Shown: positions 10,843 through 21,579 of the stretch, piece by piece
How positions within the stretch are numbered: position 1 is the first letter of the stretch
How the letters are laid out: each line of letters opens with the position of its first letter
Source: a virus
IMG/VR virus record: IMGVR_UViG_3300050821_002231
Span: 1 to 64,000 of that record
DNA length: 64,000 bases
Reading direction: 5' to 3' (one strand)
Position numbers and translations under genes: made by a program
Notes under the pieces: generated by a model
What the model was told of the DNA's origin: nothing
The model's input: the letters and a program-made list of their open reading frames with translations, nothing else
Databases searched by the model: none

Positions 10843-11201
10843 AACTCAAGGCACGCGATTTAATTCCAAGCTGGCCGTGCGGTCGGAGTTCAAGCCAGCC
10901 GATTCGGATTCCGACATGGTTCCAGTTTGCGTTTTACAAATCGTTGATGGACAAACGATCCTCGCCAATCTTTGGGCCGAGCGATGCGGACTTCGAGCAG
11001 TTCACGCGCACGAATGCCATTCTGTTTTTCGAGGCTGAGGAAGAGGCGAAGTATCGCGAAGGGCAGGAACGCATGATGGAGGATTGGAGAATCGAGACCT
11101 ACAAGATGGAGAATGTCATGCAATACGGCACACGCTATGGCGGGGAATGGCGGTTTGATATCAGCCGCGAACCATACTTATTAATTGGGGCCAAACCATG
11201 A
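10839..11201 (+). CDS. Hypothetical protein (MKLKAR paralog 2)
   Basis: GAGG RBS; ATGA overlap. Confidence 0.5.
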   Translation: MKLKARDLIPSWPCGRSSSQPIRIPTWFQFAFYKSLMDKRSSPIFGPSDADFEQFTRTNAILFFEAEEEAKYREGQERMMEDWRIETYKMENVMQYGTRYGGEWRFDISREPYLLIGAKP

Positions 11202-12097
11202 GCAAGAAAAAGAAATTTCAAGAGATCATCCCTCCCGACGACTTAATGAACCGCGCCGAAAACTTGGACCGTGAAGCCCGCCGATTATGGACAGAACTTG
11301 ACATGCACGTTACCGCTGCGGAAATCATCACAATCCCGTTCGGAAAAGTCTGCGCGGAGATGAAAGAGCTGGCGCTACACAAGTACGTTCGTAAGGGGAA
11401 TTCGCGCAAAGGCTACCCGGCATTTCCTGAGTGGGTGGAGTCGGTGACTGGCGGAAAGTTGTCGAGCAGTTCGTTGTACATGGCGATGGGGCTTTCACGA
11501 TTGACGGAAGGCGCGAATCCGATTTCGCCCGAAGAAATCGCGCAGATGCCGAAAGAGAATGCGTATCGGCTTTCAACGCAACTTACGCCAGAGCAGCGCA
11601 CGCCAGACATGATCGAGAAGGCAAAGAAGACGCCGAAAGAAGAGTTCCCGAAGCGCATCCAGGAGAAGTTGAACGAAGGGAAGCCGCTGAGCCAGCAAGT
11701 AACGATCCGTGTTGAATTCTTTAAGCAGTGGGCACCGGACGTGGTGAATAAACTCAATGCCACGATTGAACGATTTACAAATTTGCCGATCGTGCGGGAC
11801 GGCACACACAAGGATAACGATGGGCGCATTCGTTTAGACGCCTTGACGCTGGAAGAGAAAGCTGTGTTGGCGATTTGTTTCGCGGCCGAGTGCGACTGCG
11901 ATTTGCTTTTGAAACAAGCAGAGGCGGAGGCGGAACAACATGAAGAGATCATCCTACCTGAAGCGCAGGACGCCATTGCCGAGACAGACGAAGCCGTTGA
12001 AGCGGACGGAGATCAAGAGGGAGAGTACGTGGAAGAAGTTGCAGAAGAGTTCCACGAAACGCGGCGCGTCGTCCCGCTCGAAGAAGTCGAGAGCTAA
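11198..12097 (+). CDS. Hypothetical protein with acidic C-terminus
   Basis: 299-aa ORF, ATGA-coupled to upstream gene. Confidence 0.65.
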   Translation: MSKKKKFQEIIPPDDLMNRAENLDREARRLWTELDMHVTAAEIITIPFGKVCAEMKELALHKYVRKGNSRKGYPAFPEWVESVTGGKLSSSSLYMAMGLSRLTEGANPISPEEIAQMPKENAYRLSTQLTPEQRTPDMIEKAKKTPKEEFPKRIQEKLNEGKPLSQQVTIRVEFFKQWAPDVVNKLNATIERFTNLPIVRDGTHKDNDGRIRLDALTLEEKAVLAICFAAECDCDLLLKQAEAEAEQHEEIILPEAQDAIAETDEAVEADGDQEGEYVEEVAEEFHETRRVVPLEEVES

Positions 12098-12452
12098 GCC
12101 GGTACCGAAAGCCTCGCAGCATTGGACGCTGAGCGAAGACGGGGCATTGCGGACCTATCCAGATGGTCGCGAGGTTTGCACCAAAACTCCAAAAGGCAGG
12201 GCGCTCTACCGACAGCGCACGCTAGAAATGGCAGCACGTCAGGATTGGATCTGTGGATTCAGAAAAGTAGACCGCTGTTTGATGCCATCGGAAAGCATGG
12301 ACGACGAATGGAATCACGGGCGCGAGGCTACCTTCGAGCACGCGAATAAACGCGGAGCCGGCAAGCAAAACGATTCGATAGCGCTGGCTACTGGTAACTG
12401 TGCGGTCCACGGGCTCTGCAATGGAGCAGTGGGAAGTGAAAGAGTCCTGTGA
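11940..12452 (+). CDS. HNH-like (NinG-type) protein
   Basis: MKR..LKRRTPL leader; QDWIC..., ATFEH, N.AVH..CN. Confidence 0.55.
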   Translation: MKRSSYLKRRTPLPRQTKPLKRTEIKRESTWKKLQKSSTKRGASSRSKKSRAKPVPKASQHWTLSEDGALRTYPDGREVCTKTPKGRALYRQRTLEMAARQDWICGFRKVDRCLMPSESMDDEWNHGREATFEHANKRGAGKQNDSIALATGNCAVHGLCNGAVGSERVL

Positions 12453-12470
12453 TCCATCCAATAAATTGCT

Positions 12471-12499
12471 TTGACATCATGAGGATTCACTAGTATTCT
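12471..12499 (+). promoter_or_regulatory. Sigma70 promoter with ATTCACTAGTA box
   Basis: TTGACA-17-TATTCT. Confidence 0.8.
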
Positions 12500-12567
12500 A
12501 ACGCCATTGAGCTTTAATCCTGATCCTGCCGCTGTGACAGGGCGGTTGGAGTGAGGGTTAAAAGAGA

Positions 12568-12789
12568 ATGAAAGAGACAGTCAATCATCCTCAACATTAT
12601 GGCGGGGACGTTCTGCATGAGACTTGGAAGTGTCTGCACGCTTGGGGACTGGAGTCGGACGCGCTGATCTGGAACGTGGTGAAGTATCTGAGCCGCGCCG
12701 GGAAGAAGGGCGCACTACTGGAAGATTTGAAGAAGGCAAAGTGGTATCTCGATAAGCGGATTGAGTTGCTCGAATCGGAGAAGAAATGA
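12568..12789 (+). CDS. DUF3310 (SaV-like) protein
   Basis: VNHPQHY...NVVKYLSRAGKKG...EDLKKAKWYL. Confidence 0.9.
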   Translation: MKETVNHPQHYGGDVLHETWKCLHAWGLESDALIWNVVKYLSRAGKKGALLEDLKKAKWYLDKRIELLESEKK

Positions 12790-13045
12790 GAAAAGGGCAG
12801 GCCGATCCTCGCGGGAAGTTCGAGACGCCGTACCGCATATCGGGCATGTGCGCGGATTGTACGCCAGAAAAGCGGCATCCGTCGAAGCACGCTAAGTGCT
12901 ACAACGTTAACTGCATCTGCCCTCATCATCCGCACTGGACGGCCTTGTACGCACGAGAGGCTGGGTTGAGGACGCAAGCCAAGCCGGGAGATTTCGATTA
13001 CAGGGTGAAGCCCTAATTGTGAGTGAGGGTTAAAACGGAGGAGAT

Positions 13046-13669
13046 ATGGAATATCACAAGATTGAAACGTTGTACGAACGCGACGAAAAGACGCATCGAC
13101 TCAAGCCTGAGTTGGCGTTAAAAAATCGCACCTATGGGATGCTGAAGTCTTGGCAGTGGACCGAGAAGATCGACGGCACCAATATCCGGGCCATCTGGGA
13201 CTTGGCGACTGGCAAGCTTACGTTCGGCGGTCGCAGCGACAATGCCCAGATTCATGCTGACCTGATCCGCTACCTTTACGAGAATATCCCGCTGGAGAAT
13301 GTGAAGGCGGTATTCCCGGAGTCCAGCGCGGTCCTCTATGGCGAAGGCTATGGCGCTGGAATCCAGAAGGGCGGCGGCGGGTACTCGGAAAAGAAGAAGT
13401 TCATCCTCTTCGACGTGCTGGTTGACGGCAAGTGGTGGCTGAATTGGGAAGCCGTCTGCGACGTGGCCGCGAAACTCTCCTTGGACACTGTTCCATACCT
13501 CGGCGACATGACACTGGAAGATGCGACCGATAAGGTCCGCACTGGATTCCCATCGCTACTGAATGGCGGCAAGGTACAGGCTGAGGGCATGGTTGGCCGT
13601 CCGGCAGAAACTCTTTTCGACAAAAAGGGCGCACGGCTGATCGTGAAGCTCAAGACAAAGGACTTCTGA
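13046..13669 (+). CDS. RNA ligase (Rnl2-like nucleotidyltransferase)
   Basis: YHKI, TEKIDGTN (KxDG motif I), LYGE.YG, F.LFDV, EG.V, KLK. Confidence 0.85.
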   Translation: MEYHKIETLYERDEKTHRLKPELALKNRTYGMLKSWQWTEKIDGTNIRAIWDLATGKLTFGGRSDNAQIHADLIRYLYENIPLENVKAVFPESSAVLYGEGYGAGIQKGGGGYSEKKKFILFDVLVDGKWWLNWEAVCDVAAKLSLDTVPYLGDMTLEDATDKVRTGFPSLLNGGKVQAEGMVGRPAETLFDKKGARLIVKLKTKDF

Positions 13670-15266
13670 AGCCGGTGAAGCCCTGAAGGTTCTGCTGTGT
13701 GCCAACATAAAGCTTATGGCTAATATTTTAGATGTCGCGTGTCCAGATTGCGGTGCTCAGGTACGCGAGTTCTGCACGACCATTCCGGTATGGGAACAAG
13801 GCTGGCATGACCGTACTGCCGCTCACGACGCGCGTCTGCGGGAGGCTGGGCGCTTCAAAAATACCGGAATATGCTCTGAGTGCGGGAAGCGTTGTAAGGC
13901 TTTTATCCCTAGCGGCTCCATGAGGCCGGGAGTTAGGTTCCCGCACGCTCATAAGTATCGCGGAAAAACTTGCGCTGGATCGTTTCATCCAATAAGCGAA
14001 TATGAGGGTTGAACCGATGGCTGTGTGCCACGAGAAAAGAGAGGAAGGAAGCGAAAATGAAAGTTCCAAAGGACATAGCCAAGTACATCCCGTCCTTGGT
14101 TGCCGGAATTCGCCTGATTGATTTGGCGGTAAAACATATCTTGTGCTGCCGGGACGGTGTGAGAATCAAGTGGCAACTTAAGCTGTGGCGCTACTACCCA
14201 CCAGATGTGCTGAAAGATTCCAAGATAGTAGCCGTGCCGACATGCGGAACTTTTAGCTCGGGAGAGTACGGAGAAAAAGCGAGTTGAGCCATGAGCGTAT
14301 CTGGATACGAGCAAAGACTCAGACTTAGGAGATGGTGAGTGATTAGCGTCCAAATTTGCTGCAACGATGACAACGGCATCAACACAGGCCGCGTCACTCG
14401 CGTTGACTTCGATCAATATGAACTTGAGTGCGAAGATACCTTGTGGCCTCCGCGTGGAATCCGCCTAAACTTCCGCGAAGAGAGTCAGGGGACGCATATG
14501 CGCTTGGGACGCGATGAATGGCGTGCAATTTACGGCATCGGCGGTGGCGGAAACATCTTCTGGATCAGTACGCGCATGGCAGGCGTCGATTGCATCGGTC
14601 TAATGAATTACCTGATGACGCTGAAATATTGGCATGCGACGGCGGGAGAATGCTATCTCTTCGATCACTTCAACGACAAAAAGCCCATCGTGCCAAAAGA
14701 GTTCTTTGCATCTCGCGAACATTGAGGGGTTCGATGAGTCTATCTACTGGATTCGCTACTCATATTCTACGAAGCAGTTGCGCGAAATAGTGCAAACCGG
14801 GGCCCTGCCCAGCAATCAGGGAGAGAGGTGGCAAGTATGGCAAATGCTAAGAACGATCAGCCGCGTTATGGTGACGGCTCTGGGTTGGATGACGGTCCAT
14901 TGCTTCCCGGTAAGCGGCCCACTCGACTTAAAGGCCATCAGGTTGCCGAACCCGAGCAGATTACAGAAAGTCAGGAAGATGCGCTCGGCCAAGACATCGA
15001 CACGCTGGACAATCTAGCTCACGCCTTGCTGCTTCCCATGCCGGCGGAGTTTCATGTCAAGCAACTAAAGTCTTCGCTGCCAGAACTAATCGAGAAGATG
15101 AAGAACCATTTCGCCGATGCCTTCGGCTGGGACCCGTGGGAGTATCATCCTGACCACGTTCGCAAGGTCGGAGGGTAGGGCCCCATCCCAAAAGATTTAA
15201 GTTCGGAGACGAGAAGATGAGAATATCGGTTGGATTCGCTCTAGTGTTGCTGGCGGAAAGGAAGAA

Positions 15267-15680
15267 ATGAATATGCCTAAGATTTACGCTGCAAGTCGAG
15301 CGAGTCTGCCTGAGCGTCCTGCGATGTGGCAACGGCTGAGGGCTAGCGGCGCGAATATTGTCTCCTCGTGGATCGACGAGGCGGAGCCGGGGGCAACGGC
15401 GGATTTAGGCGAACTGTGGAAGCGGATCGAGCGCGAGATTGCGTCGGCGGATCGAGTCGTGCTTTACGTGGAAGAGACAGATTTTCCGCTTAAAGGAGCA
15501 CTCATTGAATGCGGGATTGCGCTCGGCATGGGTAAGGAAGTTTGGATCGTCGCGCCGGGAGTAGAGCTAGAACCTCGCAGCATGAGGCCGCTAGGATCGT
15601 GGGCAAAACATCCCCGCGTACACTTCTGCACGGACATGAACGACGCGGTTAGATGCTCTAACTTTGAGGTGAATCCATGA
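15267..15680 (+). CDS. Nucleoside 2-deoxyribosyltransferase-like protein
   Basis: KIYAAS, SSWID, I..ADRVVLY, GALIECG.ALG.GK. Confidence 0.7.
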   Translation: MNMPKIYAASRASLPERPAMWQRLRASGANIVSSWIDEAEPGATADLGELWKRIEREIASADRVVLYVEETDFPLKGALIECGIALGMGKEVWIVAPGVELEPRSMRPLGSWAKHPRVHFCTDMNDAVRCSNFEVNP

Positions 15681-17626
15681 GGTACGCCCTTGCGTTGTTG
15701 CTGGCGAAAGGAACGCGATGAGTAACTTTGTGGCATTTACGCGACACGGCGTCTTGGAAATTCACGCTATCTCTGCGGATGGGGCGACAGATACCTTGTG
15801 CGGCTGCGACGGGAATGATTCGCATCAGCACGTAGGAACGTGCCCAGCAACGCTGCCCGACAATCCCAAAATTACCTGCAAGGAGTGCTACCAGATCGTT
15901 CGGCATTCCAGGCGTTACAAAAATTCAGACTTCAAGGTGACCCCATGAAACATGCATTGTTATCCGTGTTGCTGGCGGGGATGATCGGATGCGGGACTAT
16001 GCCGCACACGTTAACGCAGGACGATATTGAGGCCGCTGCGGCGGTGGGATATCTCTACGGGCAAACTGCCACGACGTTCGTTGTTGCTAAGTCTCAAAAT
16101 GCTGAGGCCGAGGAGAAGGCTCTATGTGTGTCTCTAAAGCAAGCTGACGCACTCAGCGCCGAAGCCCGCAAATATTGGGACGTGACTCGGCCCATGTCAA
16201 GAATGAACGATCTGACTGCATTGCGTGGATACTGCGCTGAGGTGAAGCCATGAAACCTTTTTACTTCCTATTCCTTTCTGTGGTAGTGGCGATGGGGCAG
16301 ACGCCGCTCGACACTCCGTTCGGCTTGACGATTACTGGAGGCAGGTCGGTTGCGGAGCAATGCACTCGGACGATCACATTCGGCAGCACGACCAAGACCA
16401 TCAAGGAGTTGTTCCCGGAAGAATGCGCTACGAAGGAGCATCCGTACAGTTCGTGCCACTGGATTTCAGGCTATGAACCGCAGTGTGAATGCCTACCGGT
16501 GGGCGCAACGAGCATCGTCTCCAGCGCGTCGGTTACGCCTATCCTGCCCGCTCCCAAGCTGGAGTCCGCAGAACCGCCGACGTGGCCAACAGCCGCCAAG
16601 ATAAGTTTTACTTTCATCGGGGACCAAGAGGGCGATCTGGTTGAGCCGGATGGCTGGTATCGTTGCTCAGACGGTAAAAGACTGGGCTGGTGTCCGCCGA
16701 AGCCCGAGACTGACTGGCAGGCCATCGCAGATCACTGCCACATCGAAACGCTGAATAACGGATTCTTAGGCGATTTAACTCCGCCGCCCAATGGAAGAGG
16801 TTGGGAAGCGATGACGGGAATGCGGATCGTGTGCAAGTGAGGAGATTATGAGCACAGAGAAAGATCGGCTTGAGCGTAACGGCTGGGTTCGTATCAGTTA
16901 CCGGAAGATGGGATGCATGAGAATCGCGCGATGGGAGGACCCGAAGAACGGTGACGTTATGTCGCAAGGTGCGGCAATCGAAACGCTCATCAGGCGAAAG
17001 TGGGCCGATAAAATACAGGCGGCGAGAGTGAAGTAATAAGCAGTGTGCGGGCTGGTCGAGAGATCGGCCCGCAAAGAAAGCAGGAGAGAGATGGCAACCT
17101 CAAAAGAAATTTCGGACGGACTGGATAAGGTGCAGCAGAAAATCACTGAGTTCAAAGAGGACGTTCTGGTACTTGTAAGGGCAGCGCAGCGGCTCAAAGA
17201 TGAAGGCCGGGGACATCTCGCAGTCGAATCTGCCATTAAAGACGTAGAACGCTGGTACTGAGGGAGCGTCTTGTCTCTCACGTAGTCAAGGAGGAAGAAG
17301 ATGGCCCAAACGTACTATGAAGTGCTGATTTTAGCATTAGCTTTATTCTCCGCATATTTGCTCACAATCGTGCGGCGGCACAAGCATAAGTGGAATGAGG
17401 CCGCGATGAAGCGAGGTCGAGCCAAGAAGCGACTCCGGCAAATTTGGCTTGAGGAGCACCCCGGATGCCTAAGTATCGAAGATGCTTTTCGCACGCCGGA
17501 CCCGTGGAAGTGGTTCAACATTTACGCCAACCTGCAAAACCGCGATGAGACCGTAGAGACTGGTAATGTATCAGTTTGAATTTTGCCACTATGGAGTCAC
17601 GGCGCGGCCTGTGGCATACTCGTTTC

Positions 17627-17848
17627 GTGACCAAACGTCCGCGCGATCCCGTCCAGCTTGCTAAGCAGGTATTCGACATTGCCATTGGTGAGGCCGAGGA
17701 CACGGTAAGCGAAATTAAGAAGCATCCCGAAAGCGTTAGGGGTCGGGCTGGCGGTAGAAAAGGCGGCAAAGCCCGCGCCAAAAAATTGAGTGCCGTTGAA
17801 CGTGCTGAGATCGCGCGATTGGCGGCTGAGGCCAGATGGAAAAAGTAG
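17627..17848 (+). CDS. Small basic KRPRD/GRKGG accessory protein of the IS1-like element
   Basis: KRPRDP.QLA...GRKGGKARA..L...R.EIA..AA.ARW; homolog at 28761-29036. Confidence 0.75.
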   Translation: MTKRPRDPVQLAKQVFDIAIGEAEDTVSEIKKHPESVRGRAGGRKGGKARAKKLSAVERAEIARLAAEARWKK

Positions 17849-17947
17849 GCCATGACCGCAAGTGCCTTGTTTCATGGGCACTCTGGAGTATCATGGCTGA
17901 TCTGGAGGACCGACCAGCCATGATTTTCACTCTCGCACATTCTGGAG

Positions 17948-18211
17948 TTAGTTTGCCTTTGCAGCATTCGCTTGCAACGTTCCCGGCGGTAACGGGAACG
18001 GCTGCAACATGCCAATCGTCTGTTGTAATTGAATGGTCCTCAGCGCCTGTCCTCGGAAATGCCAGCGGCAATTTTCAAACTTCACATTAGGCATCTCGAA
18101 ATCGCCGCCGGAATAAAACAGGTCGCAGTCCTTCAGTTCGCAATTGATGAAACAGCATTCTTCGACAACGAATACTGCCTTGGTTAGCGTCTTACCTTCG
18201 TACTTGGTCAT
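17948..18211 (-). CDS. Hypothetical cargo protein
   Basis: 87-aa ORF with beta-helix-like F.NC repeats. Confidence 0.5.
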   Translation of the reverse strand: MTKYEGKTLTKAVFVVEECCFINCELKDCDLFYSGGDFEMPNVKFENCRWHFRGQALRTIQLQQTIGMLQPFPLPPGTLQANAAKAN

Positions 18212-18313
18212 GTTTCACTGTTCTTCCTGTGGGCTTGCGTGCTCACTGTTGAATGGTGATTGAATCCTCTCGGCCTTGGTCTTATCCACCTTGGCCGAGA
18301 GGGGCTTTACCCA

Positions 18314-18472
18314 CTACGCTGCCAACAAGCCAACGACTAAGCTAGTGGCAGAGTGCTGGGTAATGTACTTAGCGACTGTTCGACAACTACCGGTACACTG
18401 GGAATTGCCGAGTAGGATCAGTCCAACTACCAGCCCGATTCCGGCCAGCAGAAGCACTTCGTTTTTGTTCAT
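18314..18472 (-). CDS. Small membrane peptide (52 aa)
   Basis: GGAG RBS; MNKNEVLLLAGIGLVVGLILLG...; below the ORF-track cutoff. Confidence 0.45.
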   Translation of the reverse strand: MNKNEVLLLAGIGLVVGLILLGNSQCTGSCRTVAKYITQHSATSLVVGLLAA

Positions 18473-18695
18473 CTTGTTTCTCCATCTCCGACCTTGCGAT
18501 CTGCAAATGGATTGTGGTTATCCTCGCGGCAGGTTAACCGCAAGGGGCTTTCCCATCTCCCGTTAGAGACGGGGAACTTTGCCACTTTACGATTGACTCA
18601 GGATCACAGCAGGACTACTCTGGGGCTGCTAGGTCATCCCAAGGGGCTGTAAAGTTTTGCCGAGAGCTACCGTGGCGCGGTGGCTCTTCGGCTTT

Positions 18696-19178
18696 TCAGC
18701 TTGCTTTTTCTCCCTCGTTAGGTGCGTTCAATCTCCACTCAACATCATCTGTCAAATCGAGCGGGAGCTTAATTGGGTCTTCGGTCGGGTGGATATTATT
18801 CCAGTGCATCGCATCCAGTGTAAGTTGCAGGCCATCACCGACCATTTGTTCTCGTCGCTGTACTAGCGACTTTAGCATCGGCTTTCGCGGCGCTTCGTCG
18901 ATGTCAACCCACAGCGTTAACTGTTTTGCACCGTAAGCGGTTGTGACCGCGTGATTCGCACGATACGGGTGTCCGGTCTTCTTGTCGTGTCGAATTTCTT
19001 CGCGCGCGGCCTCGGAAAATTCCTTGGCGAGTCTATCGAGTGCAGCGATTGGGCGTGGTAACGGCCAACCTTTGCCCACCGCAAACTGAGCTACTTCGTG
19101 CATGTTTACTTCTGTTTTCTGTGTCACATCTTTGTAATGACGGATGAGACGCTGCATTTCTTGATGCTTTGTTGCCAT
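18696..19178 (-). CDS. Hypothetical cargo protein co-transcribed with HTH-ImmA gene
   Basis: AGGAG RBS, 160-aa ORF starting 8 bp after the upstream stop. Confidence 0.7.
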   Translation of the reverse strand: MATKHQEMQRLIRHYKDVTQKTEVNMHEVAQFAVGKGWPLPRPIAALDRLAKEFSEAAREEIRHDKKTGHPYRANHAVTTAYGAKQLTLWVDIDEAPRKPMLKSLVQRREQMVGDGLQLTLDAMHWNNIHPTEDPIKLPLDLTDDVEWRLNAPNEGEKAS

Positions 19179-19186
19179 CACTTCTC

Positions 19187-20338
19187 CTATCCGACTGGAG
19201 CAACATCGCCCCAACCATCGACCAATGCACTCGGCGCGATGAAAGACCGAATCTTTACCAGATGATTGCGAAAACGATCATAGCGTTCAGTTCGGTGCTG
19301 CAATTGTCCGGCGACAAGTCCTGGATGGACCCGCATCGTGGCAGCAAAACCAAGGATGTCGCGCTCTGCGTAAAATGGGTCTTTCCGTGTGATGAAACGT
19401 TCCATTGCTTCCGCCGGAACACAAAACTCTTGCGCTGCTTCGTTCGCTACGCTCTCTTCTTCGGGAATATCTGGGCCAGTCCCCGCACGCTGTCCTTCAA
19501 GATTTACGTCGAGCATATCTCGCCCGCTCTCTCGACCGTGACGGCGCAGAATGTGTTCAATTTCGTGGCGAAGGACAAACCAGAAATTGTCTATGCGGTC
19601 GTAGCGTGTCGTTATACCGATCACTGGTTCTTTGGCCTTCAGCCAAAACGATACGCCATCAATTTTTGCTCCGCTTAATGATTCGACTATCACGAATCGA
19701 ATACCACTTTCGGCAAGGATGCGGGGCACTTTTCTAGCAAGTTCTGGAGCGGTTAGGAGATGGCTTAGTTGCGTGACCGCACCGCGCACAGCTTCATGCG
19801 AATACTTTCCAACAAGCATTTCCTTCGCAATCTCCCGAACTCGATGGAGCCATGCCAATTGGGGCAGTGTGGGAGGACTGAAAGCATCGGTTTTTTTGGC
19901 GCGATGTCCCAAGTCCTCAATGTCGTTTAGCGTGTTCGCCCCAAAAAAACGTTTGAGCGCGGCTTCTACTTGTGGAATGTCTCTGACATTTTCAACATCT
20001 GGCAACCAGCCCCGCTTCATCATCTCTGCAATAGGCAATTCTCCAAAGACATTGGCGCGGGTCGTTCGCTGTGGATCAGGTCGCACCATGATGCGCGCCT
20101 TGCGTAAGTCGAATCTGCGCTGAAGTTGGAGGAATTTTTCGGGACGCACCCCAAAAACCTCTCCGAGCAAAAGCGCCATAGGCGCTTCCACGGGCCTCTT
20201 GTCGGCGACCAAACGATTTATCCCGGTTTCATCCATGTCGAGTACAATAGCTAGCGTCCGTTGGCTCCAGCCCCGCTTCGCCAACAACGCCAGTATGTAC
20301 TGACCGGGGGTGGGATACTCTGACGGTATGATTGACAT
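19187..20338 (-). CDS. HigA-like Xre HTH fused to ImmA/IrrE Zn-metallopeptidase
   Basis: TPGQYI...GWSQ..LA HTH; KIDG, RYDRIDNFWFVLRHEIEH (HEXXH), E..AN..A. Confidence 0.85.
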   Translation of the reverse strand: MSIIPSEYPTPGQYILALLAKRGWSQRTLAIVLDMDETGINRLVADKRPVEAPMALLLGEVFGVRPEKFLQLQRRFDLRKARIMVRPDPQRTTRANVFGELPIAEMMKRGWLPDVENVRDIPQVEAALKRFFGANTLNDIEDLGHRAKKTDAFSPPTLPQLAWLHRVREIAKEMLVGKYSHEAVRGAVTQLSHLLTAPELARKVPRILAESGIRFVIVESLSGAKIDGVSFWLKAKEPVIGITTRYDRIDNFWFVLRHEIEHILRRHGRESGRDMLDVNLEGQRAGTGPDIPEEESVANEAAQEFCVPAEAMERFITRKDPFYAERDILGFAATMRVHPGLVAGQLQHRTERYDRFRNHLVKIRSFIAPSALVDGWGDVAPVG

Positions 20339-20449
20339 CTCCCCTACTGATAAACCAGTCGCGAAGAGTTGTCAACCTGCAATTTGCGCATTGTTGCAAA
20401 CTGAATTATATGCTTGACAAACTGTAATAGTTCATTTAGGCTGTTCTCC

Positions 20450-21331
20450 ATGAACCGCCTATCAGTTGCCGACCGAGCCAAGATTCTGGGAATGATGGTA
20501 GAAGGAAACAGCCTTCGTTCCTGTGCTCGCCTTGCCGATGTCTCCGTCATTACGGTAATGAAGCTGCTTGTTGATCTTGGCTTCGCCTGTGAGCAATTCC
20601 ACCATGAGCACGTCAAGAACGTCCGCGTGCGCCGTCTCCAGTGCGACGAAATTTGGTGCTTCGTGGGAGCCAAGGCGAAAAATGTTACGCCAGAGAAGAA
20701 AGCAGAGGGCTGGGGCGACGTATGGACATGGACAGGCTTAGATGCGGACACGAAACTTTGCGTGGGCTATTTAGTTGGCGGACGTGACGCGGATTGGGCA
20801 ATGGAGTTCATGCTGGATTGCGCGGCGAGAATCAAAGGCCGCGTACAGATAACGACTGACGGCCATAGAGCCTATCTGGAAGCGGTAGAAACTGCCTTTG
20901 GAGCGGATGTTGACTATGCACAGTTGCAGAAGATATACGGCGCACCTACCGATGCCGAGGTGCGCCGCTACAGCCCCGCCAAGTGCATCGGTTCTGATAT
21001 GAAAGTTGTTAGTGGCGACCCAGACCCCAAGCATGTGAGCACGTCCTACGTGGAACGCCACAACTTGACGATGCGAATGGGGATGCGCCGATTCACTCGG
21101 CTCACAAACGGCTTTAGTAAGAAGTTTGAGAATCATGCGGCGATGGTTGCTATTCACGCGGTCTATTACAATTTCGCACGTATCCACAAGACGCTGCGAA
21201 TCACTCCGAGCATGGCCGCTGGCCTGAGTGACCATGTTTGGAGCCTTGAGGAAATCGTAATGATGGCCGACAACTACATGCCTAAACCCGGCAAGCGCGG
21301 CCCTTACAAGAAAAGCGATTCAGCGGCTTAG
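20450..21331 (+). CDS. IS1-family DDE transposase
   Basis: N-terminal HTH; QCDEIW, ITTDG, STSYVERHNLTMR..RRFTRLTN.FSKK. Confidence 0.9.
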   Translation: MNRLSVADRAKILGMMVEGNSLRSCARLADVSVITVMKLLVDLGFACEQFHHEHVKNVRVRRLQCDEIWCFVGAKAKNVTPEKKAEGWGDVWTWTGLDADTKLCVGYLVGGRDADWAMEFMLDCAARIKGRVQITTDGHRAYLEAVETAFGADVDYAQLQKIYGAPTDAEVRRYSPAKCIGSDMKVVSGDPDPKHVSTSYVERHNLTMRMGMRRFTRLTNGFSKKFENHAAMVAIHAVYYNFARIHKTLRITPSMAAGLSDHVWSLEEIVMMADNYMPKPGKRGPYKKSDSAA

Positions 21332-21579
21332 CTGAGAATCGGTTTCCATCGTTTCAGCAATCTGCGATCTCCGGTTTTCCAGTCAGCCAATACAGGCGCA
21401 ATCTGGAAGCACGGCTGAAGATCAAGGGTAAGCGAAGTTTTGTCTTGAAACCGGATGTCAACGACGCGATATTCCGGGGAAAGGGACAGTTCTACATCGG
21501 CAATGATCTTGCCTTTGGTTTGCGGGAAGTTGAGAACTTTCCTTATTCGGCGGGAGCGGGTACTTTTATTAGCAGCCAT
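21328..21579 (-). CDS. MAANK accessory protein of the IS1-like element
   Basis: 83 aa; clear homolog at 29098-29364; conserved leader. Confidence 0.75.
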   Translation of the reverse strand: MAANKSTRSRRIRKVLNFPQTKGKIIADVELSLSPEYRVVDIRFQDKTSLTLDLQPCFQIAPVLADWKTGDRRLLKRWKPILS

